Shown: piece after piece, positions 16,277-26,700 of the stretch
Position numbering within the stretch: position 1 is the stretch's first letter
Layout: each line of letters starts with the position of its first letter
Assembly: GCA_017520675.1 (NCBI GenBank)
Contig: JAFXFG010000003.1
Span: 1-56,565, forward strand
DNA from: Alphaproteobacteria bacterium
GTDB lineage: Bacteria > Pseudomonadota > Alphaproteobacteria > Rs-D84
Length of the DNA stretch: 56,565 bases
Direction: 5' to 3'
The notes under the pieces: model-generated
The model's input: only the letters and a program-made list of their open reading frames with translations
Database searches by the model: none
What the model was told of the DNA's origin: nothing
Translations under genes and position numbers: made by a program

Positions 16277-18814
16277 ATGAAAAAAAGTTTTATTTTGTTT
16301 TTGTCTTTGATTGTTGCGGTTGTGCCTGATGCATTCGGGGCGGTCAAAAAAACATCTAAGCAGTCCGCAATTCAAAGTGGTACTTCGGTGCGTTCTAAAA
16401 CACAGGCCAAGGGATTGTATGACCAGGAATGTTATGACCTGTATTATGGTTGTATGGATCAATTTTGTATTTCTGATAATGAAAATGGTGGCAGTTGTGC
16501 GTGCAGTGATTTGAGTATCGAATATGAAAAACAATTCTCGGAAATTCAGTCCATATTTGCAGAGGCAGAGCGTATAGCATCAGAAGAAGTGGAAAAGGTT
16601 AAGCTGGGGGCACAGGCTGATATCGTCTTTACTGGGAAACGTGAATATGACGAAGATGGTAATTTGGTCGATGTTGATAATATTGGAAAAAATGATAAAA
16701 AGTCAGCGCGTGCAGATTTGTTGTCTTTGTGGGATGAAGAAACAGATGAGGAAGTTTTTGAAGATGGTACGGATTTTTCTGATTTAGTTGGTGATGCTTT
16801 GTACAGATCAGCAGAAGAACTTTGTTTAGAGCAAATTCCAGAAAGTTGTGAAGGTGATTTGCCTTTGATTCAAAAAATGTATACTCGTCAAATCACATCT
16901 GATTGTAAGGCGTTTGAAAATAGTATTGCAAAGAAAAAGAAGGAAGCCGATAATGCATTGGTAAGTGCGAATTCAGATGTACGCAAGGCCTTAAAAGAAA
17001 GTTTTGAAGAGTCTAATAAATTTGATTTGGGACAGTGTATGATTGAGTTTAAAAAATGTATGTTGACTCAGGATGCATGTGGAGAAAATTGGGAAAATTG
17101 TGTTTCAATTGTTGCATCTGAAAATATGCAAAATAATGAAACTGTTAGTACAGCAGGGACAAAGGTTGAATCGGTGGAAACCTTTGATATTACTGCATCT
17201 ACGATGGATGTGTTGAATTCAAAACGTATGATTTGTGAAAATGTTTTGGGTAAATGTATGGCTGTGCGTGATATGGTTTGGCCTGCGTTCTTGAAAGAGG
17301 CAGCACCAACAATTCGCTTGGCAGAATCACAGGCAGAATCAAAATTCCGTCAATCTTGTTTAACAACGATTTCAAATTGTATTCATACGGCTTGTAAAGA
17401 TGATATTGCAGGCAAGGGTGTAGATACTATGGATGCTTGCTTGTCAAGACCTGATATGGCACGTAGTTTCTGTAAGGTTGAAATTGATCCTTGCGAACGT
17501 ATGGAGCCTTTGATTTGGGGATATGTTGTAGATAAGTTGGCTGCAATGCGTGTTGATGCATGTACACAAGAAGTAAAGGATTGCTTTACTGCAGATACAC
17601 GTTGTGGCGAGAATTTCCAAAATTGTATTGGTATGGATTACGACTATATTCATGATATTTGCCCAATCGATAGTTTGGTTGTGTGTAAGGCAAATAATCC
17701 AGACTTTAAAATGGATGATTTGGATTCTATGTTAATGGGGCTGTACTTAAATATTGATAATGCCGCACTTGATCAATGTCAGGAATTGGTTGATAAAAAA
17801 ATGACCGAGGTTTGTGGCAGTACAACTGATTGTAATCGCTTTGCGGCGGATGATACGATTGGTGGTGGCAGTGTGCGTACACAAAAAGATGGTGCGAAAT
17901 ATCGTGTAACAGGTATGATTTCGTTTGGCTCAATTAAAATGGGTGATGCGTCAGGACGGACCAAGGACGAGGGTGCAGATGATGTCAATGTTTTGGGGCC
18001 AGGTGAAATTGGTGTTCAGGAGTATATTGCACAAATTCGTGAAAAAAATGCAGATGTTCCAGATGCTGATGCCATAATCGCGACAATTGAAGAGGAATTA
18101 AATAATATCGCAGGTACTATTAATCGTACAATTGAATTGATTGAACAAGACCCTGAGATTCAATTCTGTGTCAGTGGACGTGATTTATCGCAAATTACTG
18201 GTGATAAAGGTGCAAAGACATCTGCGCGTTTCCCGAACTTGTTAAATCAGGTGAAAATGCAGATTGCTGTATCTGCATTACGCAAGGCACAGGATAATTA
18301 TAACAAAAAGTATAATGAGGCAGTAGCAGAAGCAATGCGAGATTCCGAAGTTGATATTGCGCAGTATATGTGTCAGATGTTGCCAACAAACAATGGTGCA
18401 ACTTATGGTTTGTCATCTGGTACAGGTGAGGTTTTATCTGTTCCCTATGCGATTAGCTATGAGGTGGGCGCCGGAATAAATGAAAAAATGTTGGCGTCTG
18501 GGGGGCGTGGTAGTTCATCTACTACGTCTGATGCGCGAATTGATACAACTGGGGGATCTGCCGAATTTGGAGACATTGTAGATTCGTTTACTGGTTTAGG
18601 TCGTAATAGGGTTAAAACTAATTTAGGTAGCGGTACACGCGAAATGTGGTCTACGTTTAATCGTGAAACCCGTATATGCCATTTCTGTACGTCGACGATT
18701 ACAAAAAATTGTAAGTCAGTAAATCACAAAGGGTTCTTGGGTATTGGCTCAAAGAATGATTTAGAGTGTACAGAATCAAAGCCAGTTGAAAAGTGTGAAG
18801 ATATTCCAATGTAA
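16277..18814 (+). CDS. large secreted Cys-rich protein, clear paralog of 14048..16255
   Basis: RBS ggaggag. Signal peptide MKKSFILFLSLIVAVVPDAFG. Motifs CYDLYYGCMDQFC, YTRQITSDCKAF and CENVLGKCMAVRDMV. Ends CEDIPM. Confidence 0.85.
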   Translation: MKKSFILFLSLIVAVVPDAFGAVKKTSKQSAIQSGTSVRSKTQAKGLYDQECYDLYYGCMDQFCISDNENGGSCACSDLSIEYEKQFSEIQSIFAEAERIASEEVEKVKLGAQADIVFTGKREYDEDGNLVDVDNIGKNDKKSARADLLSLWDEETDEEVFEDGTDFSDLVGDALYRSAEELCLEQIPESCEGDLPLIQKMYTRQITSDCKAFENSIAKKKKEADNALVSANSDVRKALKESFEESNKFDLGQCMIEFKKCMLTQDACGENWENCVSIVASENMQNNETVSTAGTKVESVETFDITASTMDVLNSKRMICENVLGKCMAVRDMVWPAFLKEAAPTIRLAESQAESKFRQSCLTTISNCIHTACKDDIAGKGVDTMDACLSRPDMARSFCKVEIDPCERMEPLIWGYVVDKLAAMRVDACTQEVKDCFTADTRCGENFQNCIGMDYDYIHDICPIDSLVVCKANNPDFKMDDLDSMLMGLYLNIDNAALDQCQELVDKKMTEVCGSTTDCNRFAADDTIGGGSVRTQKDGAKYRVTGMISFGSIKMGDASGRTKDEGADDVNVLGPGEIGVQEYIAQIREKNADVPDADAIIATIEEELNNIAGTINRTIELIEQDPEIQFCVSGRDLSQITGDKGAKTSARFPNLLNQVKMQIAVSALRKAQDNYNKKYNEAVAEAMRDSEVDIAQYMCQMLPTNNGATYGLSSGTGEVLSVPYAISYEVGAGINEKMLASGGRGSSSTTSDARIDTTGGSAEFGDIVDSFTGLGRNRVKTNLGSGTREMWSTFNRETRICHFCTSTITKNCKSVNHKGFLGIGSKNDLECTESKPVEKCEDIPM

Positions 18815-18819
18815 AGAAT

Positions 18820-18840
18820 AGGCCCCGAAAGGGGCTTTTA
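18820..18840 (+). terminator. intrinsic terminator
   Basis: aggcccc gaaa ggggcttt. Confidence 0.7.
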
Positions 18841-18866
18841 AATCAGTAAAATAGGAGATGTTTCTT

Positions 18867-19712
18867 ATGAATGTTTCTGAAAAATTAGAAATAGAAGTTA
18901 GTTCCTTGGAGGCTATTTTTTCTTCCTTGGGCGAAAAGGCTGTCGCGTTTGGTTTAAAGTTGATTGCGGCAGTGGCAATTTTAATTTTTGGAATTTGGCT
19001 ATCAAACAGATTGATGCGTTCATTGCGAAAATTAATGGAACGCAAAAAGTTTGATGCTTCGTTGTCGTCTTTCTTGTTATCCTTTTTGAATATTGCATTC
19101 AAGGTGTTTGTTGTTGTTATTTGTTTAACGACAGTTGGTGTTCAGATGACCTCTATTGTGGCTGTTTTAGGTGCGGCTTCGTTGGCAATAGGTATGGCAT
19201 TGTCGGGAACATTACAGAACTTTGCGGGTGGAATTGTCTTGTTGGTCTTTAAACCGTTCAAGGTCGGTGATGCCATTGAAACGCAAAGTGGGAAATCGGG
19301 AACCGTAAAGAAGATAATGATTTTTACAACTGAATTGCATACATTTGATAATAAGGTTATTTTCTTGCCGAATGGCGCATTGGCAAATGGTGAAATTACT
19401 AATTTGTCACAGGCAAAGAATCGCAGGTCTGATATAAAAATAACTGTTTCGTATGGCGATGATATTGCATTAGTGCGCAGGGTTGTTTTGGGAATTTTAG
19501 ACAAGGATACGCGTGTCTTGAAAAATCCAGAACCACTGGTTTTTATTAATTCTTTGGCGGAAAAAGGAGTCGAGATTATTGTTCGCTATTGGGCAGATTA
19601 TGGTGATGTTTATGACACTAATATCGAATTAATCGAAGAAATTTATAAGGCATTGCCAAAGAAAAAAATAAGTTTCTCTTTTCCACAAATGGATGTTAGA
19701 TTGGTGAAATGA
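18867..19712 (+). CDS. mscS: small-conductance mechanosensitive channel (MscS family)
   Basis: Three N-terminal TM helices and the GGIVLLVFKPFKVGDAIE motif. The second ATG has better RBS spacing (aggag + 9 nt). Confidence 0.8.
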   Translation: MNVSEKLEIEVSSLEAIFSSLGEKAVAFGLKLIAAVAILIFGIWLSNRLMRSLRKLMERKKFDASLSSFLLSFLNIAFKVFVVVICLTTVGVQMTSIVAVLGAASLAIGMALSGTLQNFAGGIVLLVFKPFKVGDAIETQSGKSGTVKKIMIFTTELHTFDNKVIFLPNGALANGEITNLSQAKNRRSDIKITVSYGDDIALVRRVVLGILDKDTRVLKNPEPLVFINSLAEKGVEIIVRYWADYGDVYDTNIELIEEIYKALPKKKISFSFPQMDVRLVK

Positions 19713-19722
19713 GTTAAAAAAA

Positions 19723-19751
19723 ATACCCCAAGATTAAACGTCTTGGGGTAT
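19723..19751. terminator. bidirectional terminator between mscS and fabF
   Basis: ataccccaaga ttaaacg tcttggggtat flanked by A- and T-runs. Confidence 0.75.
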
Positions 19752-19755
19752 TTTT

Positions 19756-21006
19756 TTAATTTACCTTTTTTAGAACAAGGCTGGCATTTGTGCCACCAAA
19801 ACCAAATGAATTGCTTAACGCGACATCGACTTTGCGTTTCTTGGCAGTGTGTGGAACAAGGTCTGTGTCGCCAACTGCGTCTTCTGGGTCATCCAGATTT
19901 ATTGTTGGTGGAACAATTCCATCGCGGATTGATAGGGCGCAGAATATAGCCTCAATCGCACCGGCTGCACCCAGTAAATGTCCAGTCATTGACTTTGTAG
20001 AGGACATAGATATTGGATTGCCTGCAAATAATGTTTGAACAGCAGCCAATTCGCCAACATCGCCAAGGCCCGTTGATGTACCATGCGCATTGATGTAATC
20101 AATATTTTCTGGTAAAAGTTTTGCATCGTTTAATGCCGCCTGCATTGCGCGCATCCCGCCCGCACCATTTGGGGCAGGGGCAGTAATGTGGTATGCATCA
20201 CCAGACATACCATAGCCTGCAACCTCAGCATAAATTTTTGCACCACGTGCAATTGCGTGTTCGTATTCTTCAAGGACCAGGATACCTGCACCTTCGGCCA
20301 TAATAAATCCATCGCGGTTTTTGTCCCATGGACGTGATGCGCGTTCGGGTTCGTCATTGCGAGTGCTTAGTGCCTTCATGGCGGAAAAACCAGCAAGACC
20401 GATACGGCCAACTGCACCTTCGGTGCCGCCGCAAATCATAATGTCTGCATCGCCATATTTGATAAGACGGGTGGCTTCGCCAATTGAATGGGCGCCAGTC
20501 GCGCAGGCTGTAACGGTTGATATGTTCGGGCCACCAAAACCATATTTAATTGATACATGACCAGCAGTCATATTAATGATTCCCTTTGGGATGAAGAAAG
20601 GACTAACACGACGTGGGCCACCATCATGTAATTCAATACAGTTTTCATATATTGTGTTCAGACCGCCAATCCCACTGCCAATTGATACACCAATACGGTT
20701 TTTATCACCTGTGTAATCAATCAAACCTGCGTCGCGAATTGCTTCGTCTGCGGCAACCATACCGTACATGATTGATTTGTCCATCTTGCGTTGTTCGCGT
20801 GGTTCGATAACACTGTCTGGATTATATTCCCCAGCACCTGTGCCATGTGTTGGAATGCCCGCAATTTGTGATGCGATGTCGGATACTTCAAATGAATCAA
20901 TCTTGCGAATACCGGATTTGCCAGCTAATATATTTTGCCATGCGTATTCAATACCTGTGCCAACTGGTGATACGATTCCCATACCAGTTATAACGACTCT
21001 TTTCAT
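19756..21006 (-). CDS. fabF: 3-oxoacyl-ACP synthase II
   Basis: MKRVVITGMGIVSPVG...ACATGAHSIG...HGTSTGLGD...SNSFGFGGTNASLV. Confidence 0.95.
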   Translation of the reverse strand: MKRVVITGMGIVSPVGTGIEYAWQNILAGKSGIRKIDSFEVSDIASQIAGIPTHGTGAGEYNPDSVIEPREQRKMDKSIMYGMVAADEAIRDAGLIDYTGDKNRIGVSIGSGIGGLNTIYENCIELHDGGPRRVSPFFIPKGIINMTAGHVSIKYGFGGPNISTVTACATGAHSIGEATRLIKYGDADIMICGGTEGAVGRIGLAGFSAMKALSTRNDEPERASRPWDKNRDGFIMAEGAGILVLEEYEHAIARGAKIYAEVAGYGMSGDAYHITAPAPNGAGGMRAMQAALNDAKLLPENIDYINAHGTSTGLGDVGELAAVQTLFAGNPISMSSTKSMTGHLLGAAGAIEAIFCALSIRDGIVPPTINLDDPEDAVGDTDLVPHTAKKRKVDVALSNSFGFGGTNASLVLKKVN

Positions 21007-21072
21007 ATTTTATATTCCTTTGACTAGGTTAATGTACACATATAATATATGTTTTTTTGTATAAAATACAGT

Positions 21073-21105
21073 AAAAAAATCCGCTGGGACATTTTGTCGC
21101 CAGCG
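21073..21105 (-). terminator. acpP intrinsic terminator
   Basis: Minus strand reads cgctggcgac aaaat gtcccagcg followed by a U-run. Confidence 0.6.
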
Positions 21106-21134
21106 AATTATATCGTTTCTAAGATACAAATCGA

Positions 21135-21371
21135 TTAGTTCTTTTTATGTTCGTCGATGTATTTTACTGCATCGCCAACTTTTTCAAGTTTTGCAGCAGC
21201 ATCATCTGGAATTGTGATGTCAAATTCTTTTTCAACTTCCATAACAAATTCAACAACGTCCAAAGAGTCTGCGCCCAAGTCGTTTACAAATGCGGCTGTT
21301 TCAGTAACTTTTTCTTCTGGAACACCCAATTTTTCTGCTACGATTTTTTTTACTTTTTCAAAAGTTGTCAT
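21135..21371 (-). CDS. acpP: acyl carrier protein
   Basis: 78 aa with the [19 protein letters not shown] phosphopantetheine site. Confidence 0.95.
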   Translation of the reverse strand: MTTFEKVKKIVAEKLGVPEEKVTETAAFVNDLGADSLDVVEFVMEVEKEFDITIPDDAAAKLEKVGDAVKYIDEHKKN

Positions 21372-21492
21372 TTTTTTTCCTTTGTTTTTGTTAATCTATT
21401 TGGTCCATACCATGACCGTCATTAAGCAATAAGCTATCATTTTATCGTGTTGGTGTCAAGGAATTATAACAAATAATAACATTTGTTGCTTG

Positions 21493-22506
21493 TTATAGTG
21501 CGGATTCTGTATATAACAAATCATCAAGTAAGTTGTTAAGGTTTGACCTGAAATCTTCGCGATCAGACGCCCAGACAACGCGACGCATTAAAAATTTATG
21601 CACATCATCCATTGTTAAATTTGGAATTCCTGCATTGGTTGCAATACGGCGCCATGTAGTGCGTGGGTCTGATAAATGTATTCCGCCGCGACCAGGAAAT
21701 ACCCATTGGCCATCTTGGGGCAGGTCTTGTAATAATAATATCGCCCTGTCTGTTAATGGACGGTCGTTCCATAAGTCGTGATTAAAGTCTAAATCCTGCC
21801 ACGACATTGAAAATATTTTGGAACGTGGGGCGAACCCGTATATCAGCATAAAAAATGCAGCACGTAATATCGGGTCTGTGATGGCATCAATTGCGTGAAT
21901 CAGACGTTGTAGGCCAGATTTGTTCAGTGGGCGAATCCGGCGCTTTTGTGGTATCTTTTCTAGTGTAAGAACAGGGTTGGTTTTGGTGTATCCTGTTTCA
22001 ATTGCATAGTTAAATATGCTTTGTAGTAATTCTTGTACGCGGCCTGCGATTGCGTTGCCGGAAATTTTTTTTATCGTGTTGTCGATATCGTTTGTTGTTA
22101 TTGATGATATCGGCATAGAGAACAATCCAGATAAATGGCGGTTTATTGTGCGGACTAGTTTTGTATATGAATCTTCGCTGCGACGCACTTTGTTTGATAG
22201 GTATAATTTTAGGAAGTCAGAAAATGTGATTTTTTTACGACGAATTGGTGGTTTTTTTGTTGCATTTTCAAGAATGTCAGGGACAGCACTGCGGGCATCT
22301 TCGATGTCGATTGTGGGATAGTTGCCAATTAAAATTCGTTTGTCTTTGCCATGAACGCGTTTGCGTACAAAAAAAGTTTTGATGCCACGACTGGTTATGT
22401 ACATTCTTAGTCTGGGTTCTGATATGTCTTGGACAACATCAAAACCCTTGGACGGGGCAGGTAGATTGTCCAGAATATATGGGTTAAAATAAAACTGATG
22501 TGCCAT
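21493..22506 (-). CDS. tyrosine-recombinase/phage-integrase-like protein, short and possibly degenerate
   Basis: The N-terminus matches the P4-type integrase arm-binding pattern (LPAPSKGFDVVQDISEPRLRMYITSRGIKTFFVRKRVHGK). The C-terminal domain is short (337 aa in total) and lacks a clear H-x-x-R...Y signature. Confidence 0.6.
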   Translation of the reverse strand: MAHQFYFNPYILDNLPAPSKGFDVVQDISEPRLRMYITSRGIKTFFVRKRVHGKDKRILIGNYPTIDIEDARSAVPDILENATKKPPIRRKKITFSDFLKLYLSNKVRRSEDSYTKLVRTINRHLSGLFSMPISSITTNDIDNTIKKISGNAIAGRVQELLQSIFNYAIETGYTKTNPVLTLEKIPQKRRIRPLNKSGLQRLIHAIDAITDPILRAAFFMLIYGFAPRSKIFSMSWQDLDFNHDLWNDRPLTDRAILLLQDLPQDGQWVFPGRGGIHLSDPRTTWRRIATNAGIPNLTMDDVHKFLMRRVVWASDREDFRSNLNNLLDDLLYTESAL

Positions 22507-22524
22507 GTGTGGCCCCTTTTTTTA

Positions 22525-24318
22525 TTATGAAACCTTTAATGCGTTGATAAATGCAGATTGTGGAATTTCTACATTTCCAAAAGAACGCATACGTTTTTTT
22601 CCTTCTTTTTGTTTTTCAAGAAGTTTGCGTTTGCGTGTGATGTCGCCACCATAGCATTTAGCAGTAACATCTTTGCGGTACGCAGCAATTGTTTCGCGGG
22701 CAATTATCTTGCCACCAATTGCGGCTTGTAATGGAATTTTGAACTGATGACGCGGTATCAGGTCTTTTAGTTTTTCAACAATCTGGCGACCGCGTTTTTC
22801 AGCAAAAGAACGGTGGCACATAAATGATAGTGGTTCGACGTTCTCTTCGTTTACAAGAATGTTTACCTTGACCAAATCAGATGCCTGATAGCCATATACA
22901 ACATAGTCAAATGATGCATAACCCGATGAAATCGATTTTACGCGATCGTAAAAATCAAATACAATTTCTGCCAGTGGTAGTTGATAGACCAAGACTGCGC
23001 GATTGCCAACATAGGATATGTTTTCTTGGATACCGCGTCGTTCTGCGCACAGCGACATAATGCCACCCATATATTTATCAGGCATCATAATTGTCGCGCG
23101 TACCCATGGTTCTTCGATAGATGCGATTTTTGTAGCCTCTGGCATATCGGCAGGATTTTCAAGGTCAATTACTTCACCATTGCGCAGGTGAATCTTGTAT
23201 AGCACACTGGGGACTGTGTTTATTAGGTTCAGATTAAATTCGCGGGACAGACGTTCGCTGATAATTTCCATATGTAATAATCCTAAGAAACCGCAACGCA
23301 AGCCAAAGCCCAATGCAGATGATTTTTCAACTGTAAATGTAAATGATGCGTCGTTCAAAGCCAGTTTTTCTGCGCTTTCGCGAAATGTAGGATAATCGTC
23401 AGCCTCGACCGGAAAAAATGAGGAGAATACAACCGGTACAGACGGCTTGAACCCAGATAGGGCAGGTGTGTCGGGGGTACGGGCATCTGTGATTGTGTCG
23501 CCGACCTTGCAATCGTGGATTGTTTTCATTCCTGTAATAATAAAGCCGATTTCACCAGTGTGTAATTTGTCGGTATTAATCATCTTTGGTGTAAAATACC
23601 CAATCTTGTCAACGGTATATTCTGCACCTGTTGCAATAAATTTAATTTTTTGACCGCGTGATAATTCGCCGTCAACAATGCGTACCAGTATTACAACCCC
23701 CAGATATGAATCATACCAAGAATCAACCAGTAATGCGCGTGTGGGGGCATTTTCATCCCCATGTGGTGCCGGTAATTTAGTAACGATTTCTTCTAGTAAT
23801 TCTGGAACACCATCACCAGTCTTGCCAGAAACCGCCAGTGCTTCGTTTGCATCCAGACCGATAACGTCTGCGATTTGTTCACGTGTGGCGGTAACATCAC
23901 TGGATGGTAAATCAATCTTGTTTAACACAGGCAACATTTCAAGGTCGTTATCCAGCGCAAGATATGCGTTCGCCAGTGTTTGCGCCTGAACCCCTTGGGT
24001 GGCGTCAACCAGAACCAGTGCACCTTCACATGCCGCAAGTGAGCGTGATACTTCGTATGAAAAATCAACATGCCCAGGCGTGTCCATCAGGTTTAATTGA
24101 TATGTTTCGCCATTTTTTGCCTTGTAGGTCAGGCGAACTGTTTGGGCCTTAATTGTGATGCCACGTTCGCGTTCAATGTCCATAGAGTCAAGGACCTGGG
24201 CCTTCATTTCACGTGATTGCAGACCACCAGTATATTCGATAAGTCTGTCTGATAATGTAGATTTGCCATGATCAATATGGGCGACAATAGAAAAATTTCT
24301 GATATTTGATTGTTTCAT
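22525..24318 (-). CDS. lepA: translation elongation factor 4 (LepA)
   Basis: [21 protein letters not shown]...DTPGHVDF...NKIDLP. Confidence 0.95.
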   Translation of the reverse strand: MKQSNIRNFSIVAHIDHGKSTLSDRLIEYTGGLQSREMKAQVLDSMDIERERGITIKAQTVRLTYKAKNGETYQLNLMDTPGHVDFSYEVSRSLAACEGALVLVDATQGVQAQTLANAYLALDNDLEMLPVLNKIDLPSSDVTATREQIADVIGLDANEALAVSGKTGDGVPELLEEIVTKLPAPHGDENAPTRALLVDSWYDSYLGVVILVRIVDGELSRGQKIKFIATGAEYTVDKIGYFTPKMINTDKLHTGEIGFIITGMKTIHDCKVGDTITDARTPDTPALSGFKPSVPVVFSSFFPVEADDYPTFRESAEKLALNDASFTFTVEKSSALGFGLRCGFLGLLHMEIISERLSREFNLNLINTVPSVLYKIHLRNGEVIDLENPADMPEATKIASIEEPWVRATIMMPDKYMGGIMSLCAERRGIQENISYVGNRAVLVYQLPLAEIVFDFYDRVKSISSGYASFDYVVYGYQASDLVKVNILVNEENVEPLSFMCHRSFAEKRGRQIVEKLKDLIPRHQFKIPLQAAIGGKIIARETIAAYRKDVTAKCYGGDITRKRKLLEKQKEGKKRMRSFGNVEIPQSAFINALKVS

Positions 24319-24346
24319 ACTAAAAACACCTATGTTATGCGACTTA

Positions 24347-24375
24347 TACTAGTATACTATTGCCGCATTAGCAAG
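24347..24375 (-). promoter_or_regulatory. candidate lepA promoter TTGCTA-17-TAGTAT
   Basis: Reverse complement of 24370-24375 and of 24347-24352. Confidence 0.4.
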
Positions 24376-24398
24376 GTGAATTTTTTATGATTTATTCT

Positions 24399-24746
24399 TT
24401 ATAAATTATTTAGTAATTCATCAATTCGGGCGGCTTTTTCCAGTGTGTCATCATATGCAAACTTAATGTCTGGAACGTATTTTTGATTCATACGGGACGC
24501 CAATTCGAATCGGACAGTGCGTGTGATTTCGTCTAGTTTTCTTTGTACTGTGTCAATGTTATCGTTGCGGGTATAATAAAACAGGCGCACAAATTGTAAT
24601 CCCCCATGTGCGACACTGCCAACCAAAGACACACCGCTGATTATAGGGTCGTCGTTATAGTTGTCGCGCAGAATTTCTGCGACAAGTGTTTGAACTTTGC
24701 TGGCGATTCGTTCGCCACGATTAGAATTAAAATGTTTCTTTTGCAT
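24399..24746 (-). CDS. rbfA: ribosome-binding factor A
   Basis: 115 aa, RGERIASKVQTLVAEILRD...DPIISGVSLVGSV. Matches the RbfA size and pattern. Confidence 0.6.
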   Translation of the reverse strand: MQKKHFNSNRGERIASKVQTLVAEILRDNYNDDPIISGVSLVGSVAHGGLQFVRLFYYTRNDNIDTVQRKLDEITRTVRFELASRMNQKYVPDIKFAYDDTLEKAARIDELLNNL

Positions 24747-24832
24747 CTGGTTTATTTTCTTTATTATTGTTATTATGATTGTAAAATATAAAATATTAAA
24801 TTACAATCAAGTAAAATTTAATAGGTGTAGGA

Positions 24833-25408
24833 ATGAAATTTTCAGAATTTATATTAAAAAAATCAGAATCGCCGGCGTATTCTTGGATTGTTTTTTTGTT
24901 GACTATATGCGAATCGATATTCTTGTTTATCCCGCCAGAAGTCTTTATGACACCGCCAATTATCGCGAACAAGAAACGGGCTTTGCCGATTACAATGGCG
25001 GCTGCGCTGGGGTCGTTGGTTGGGGGTGCAATTGCTTATATGATTGGTATGTGGCTGTATGATTCTGTTGGTATATGGTTGATTGAGACTTTTTCAAATC
25101 CAGAACTAATAGAAACTGCGATTAAGCCAATGTTCACTAAGTATGGTATTTTGATTATCGTATTGACCGCAGTAACACCGATACCGTATAAATTGTTGGC
25201 GATATGGCTGGGCTTTATTGGTTATCCGATGTGGCTGTTCTTGCTGGTTTCTGCAATATTTAGAACAGGTCGATTCGCAATTGTGGGATTGCTGTTGTAC
25301 TTGTTCCAAGAGCGCGCAAATCAAATTGTAAAAAAGTATTTTTGGCCGTTGACAATATTTGCAATCGTTGCTGCGGTATTGGGGATTGGCTTGATTAGTT
25401 TATTTTGA
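24833..25408 (+). CDS. YqaA/DedA-like (SNARE-associated) inner-membrane protein
   Basis: ICESIFLFIPPEVFMTPP motif and four or more TM helices. Confidence 0.65.
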   Translation: MKFSEFILKKSESPAYSWIVFLLTICESIFLFIPPEVFMTPPIIANKKRALPITMAAALGSLVGGAIAYMIGMWLYDSVGIWLIETFSNPELIETAIKPMFTKYGILIIVLTAVTPIPYKLLAIWLGFIGYPMWLFLLVSAIFRTGRFAIVGLLLYLFQERANQIVKKYFWPLTIFAIVAAVLGIGLISLF

Positions 25409-25429
25409 TAGTTTTAGGTGATGTAAATA

Positions 25430-26446
25430 ATGCGAATATGTAAATTACCTTGGTCAAAGGGTACGATTATAAAAATGCTGTCGGCGCCGATTGTTGCGCT
25501 GGTGTGCCTGTTGTTGTATGTGTTTTGTGTGCGGTCGGTTGTTGATAGATCTGTGGTCTTTACTATTTCGCGTGGCGATTCGGTTACAGGGGTTGCAAAT
25601 CGACTGATAAAAAATGGGTTGATTGATTCTGTTCAGACTTTCAAGATGGTTATTCGTGCCAAGGGTGGAACAGTGCAGGCGGGGCATTATGATATTCATC
25701 GTGGGGCCAGTGTTTGGCGTATCGCAGATATGTTGGCAAATGGCAAGGTGGCGCAAACAACAATCTTAATCCCCGAGGGTTTGACGATAAAACAAATAAA
25801 AAATAAATTGTCGCAGGATAAAGGTTTAACAGGTGCAGTTGATTGTAAAGCGGGTGATAACAGGGCGGTTTGTAATCTGAAAGATGGTCAGATTTTCCCA
25901 GATACTTATACTGTTGCGCGTGGAACACCACGTTTGGCTGTGCTGGAATTGGCGCGAAAAAAAATGAAGTCTGTCGAAGAAAAGTGGACCAAGACAAATC
26001 TGTGGCCAAAGCCACTGAAAAACTGGAACGAAGTAATTACTTTGGCATCAATTGTGCAAAAGGAAACACCGCTGATTCGTGAAATGCCAGTTGTTGCAAG
26101 TGTGTATCTGAACAGATTAAATAAAGGTATGCGATTACAGGCAGATCCAACGGTGGTTTATGCGCTGACAAATAAACTGGGGGATATGCAGGGTGCGCCT
26201 TTGTTGCGTAATCATTTAAAGATTGATAGTCCGTATAATACATATAAAAATAAAGGCTTGCCACCGGCGCCAATTGCAAATGTTGGGTTGGCGGCAATTG
26301 GGGCGGTGTTGAATCCGGCTGAGACAAATTATTTGTTCTTTGTCGCTGATGGTCGTGGTGGACACAGGTTTGCAACGGACTATGAAACGCATAAAAAAAA
26401 TCATAATGACTGGCGTAAAATAAAAAAAATTAAAAATAAAAATTAG
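25430..26446 (+). CDS. mltG: endolytic murein transglycosylase MltG (YceG family)
   Basis: N-terminal TM helix and the motifs ASIVQKE, LQADPTVVY and SPYNTY...GLPPAPIANVG. Confidence 0.88.
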   Translation: MRICKLPWSKGTIIKMLSAPIVALVCLLLYVFCVRSVVDRSVVFTISRGDSVTGVANRLIKNGLIDSVQTFKMVIRAKGGTVQAGHYDIHRGASVWRIADMLANGKVAQTTILIPEGLTIKQIKNKLSQDKGLTGAVDCKAGDNRAVCNLKDGQIFPDTYTVARGTPRLAVLELARKKMKSVEEKWTKTNLWPKPLKNWNEVITLASIVQKETPLIREMPVVASVYLNRLNKGMRLQADPTVVYALTNKLGDMQGAPLLRNHLKIDSPYNTYKNKGLPPAPIANVGLAAIGAVLNPAETNYLFFVADGRGGHRFATDYETHKKNHNDWRKIKKIKNKN

Positions 26447-26512
26447 AAAATCGTCAGTTGTTTATTTTTGATAATTATTAAAAAATATAACGAATTATAA
26501 CAAATTAAATAA

Positions 26513-26536
26513 GCGCCCAGAAATTAGGGCGTTTTA
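26513..26536 (+). terminator. intrinsic terminator
   Basis: gcgccc agaaatta gggcgtttt. Confidence 0.65.
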
Positions 26537-26700
26537 TGAATGTTTGTTTGTATAAATCGAATCGAAAGCGATATATAAAATATCATATTTTTGATGAAAA
26601 TGCAAAAATCTTTGTCCTTGCGAATAGGTTTTTATGCCTGATAAAATAATAGTAACTAGACATTAATCTAGTCAAATTAACCTGAACGAAAGGATATATT

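Noticed and set aside
21033-21061. Plus-strand TTGACT-17-TAATAT promoter-like sequence between fabF and acpP, pointing antisense into acpP.
   Set aside because: No plus-strand gene follows, and such hexamers arise by chance in AT-rich spacers. An antisense RNA is possible but I cannot support it from sequence alone.
21372-24398. A prophage or genomic island around the integrase-like gene.
   Set aside because: The immediate neighbours are lepA and acpP-fabF. I saw no tRNA, no att-like direct repeats and no cargo genes. Only the single gene looks foreign.
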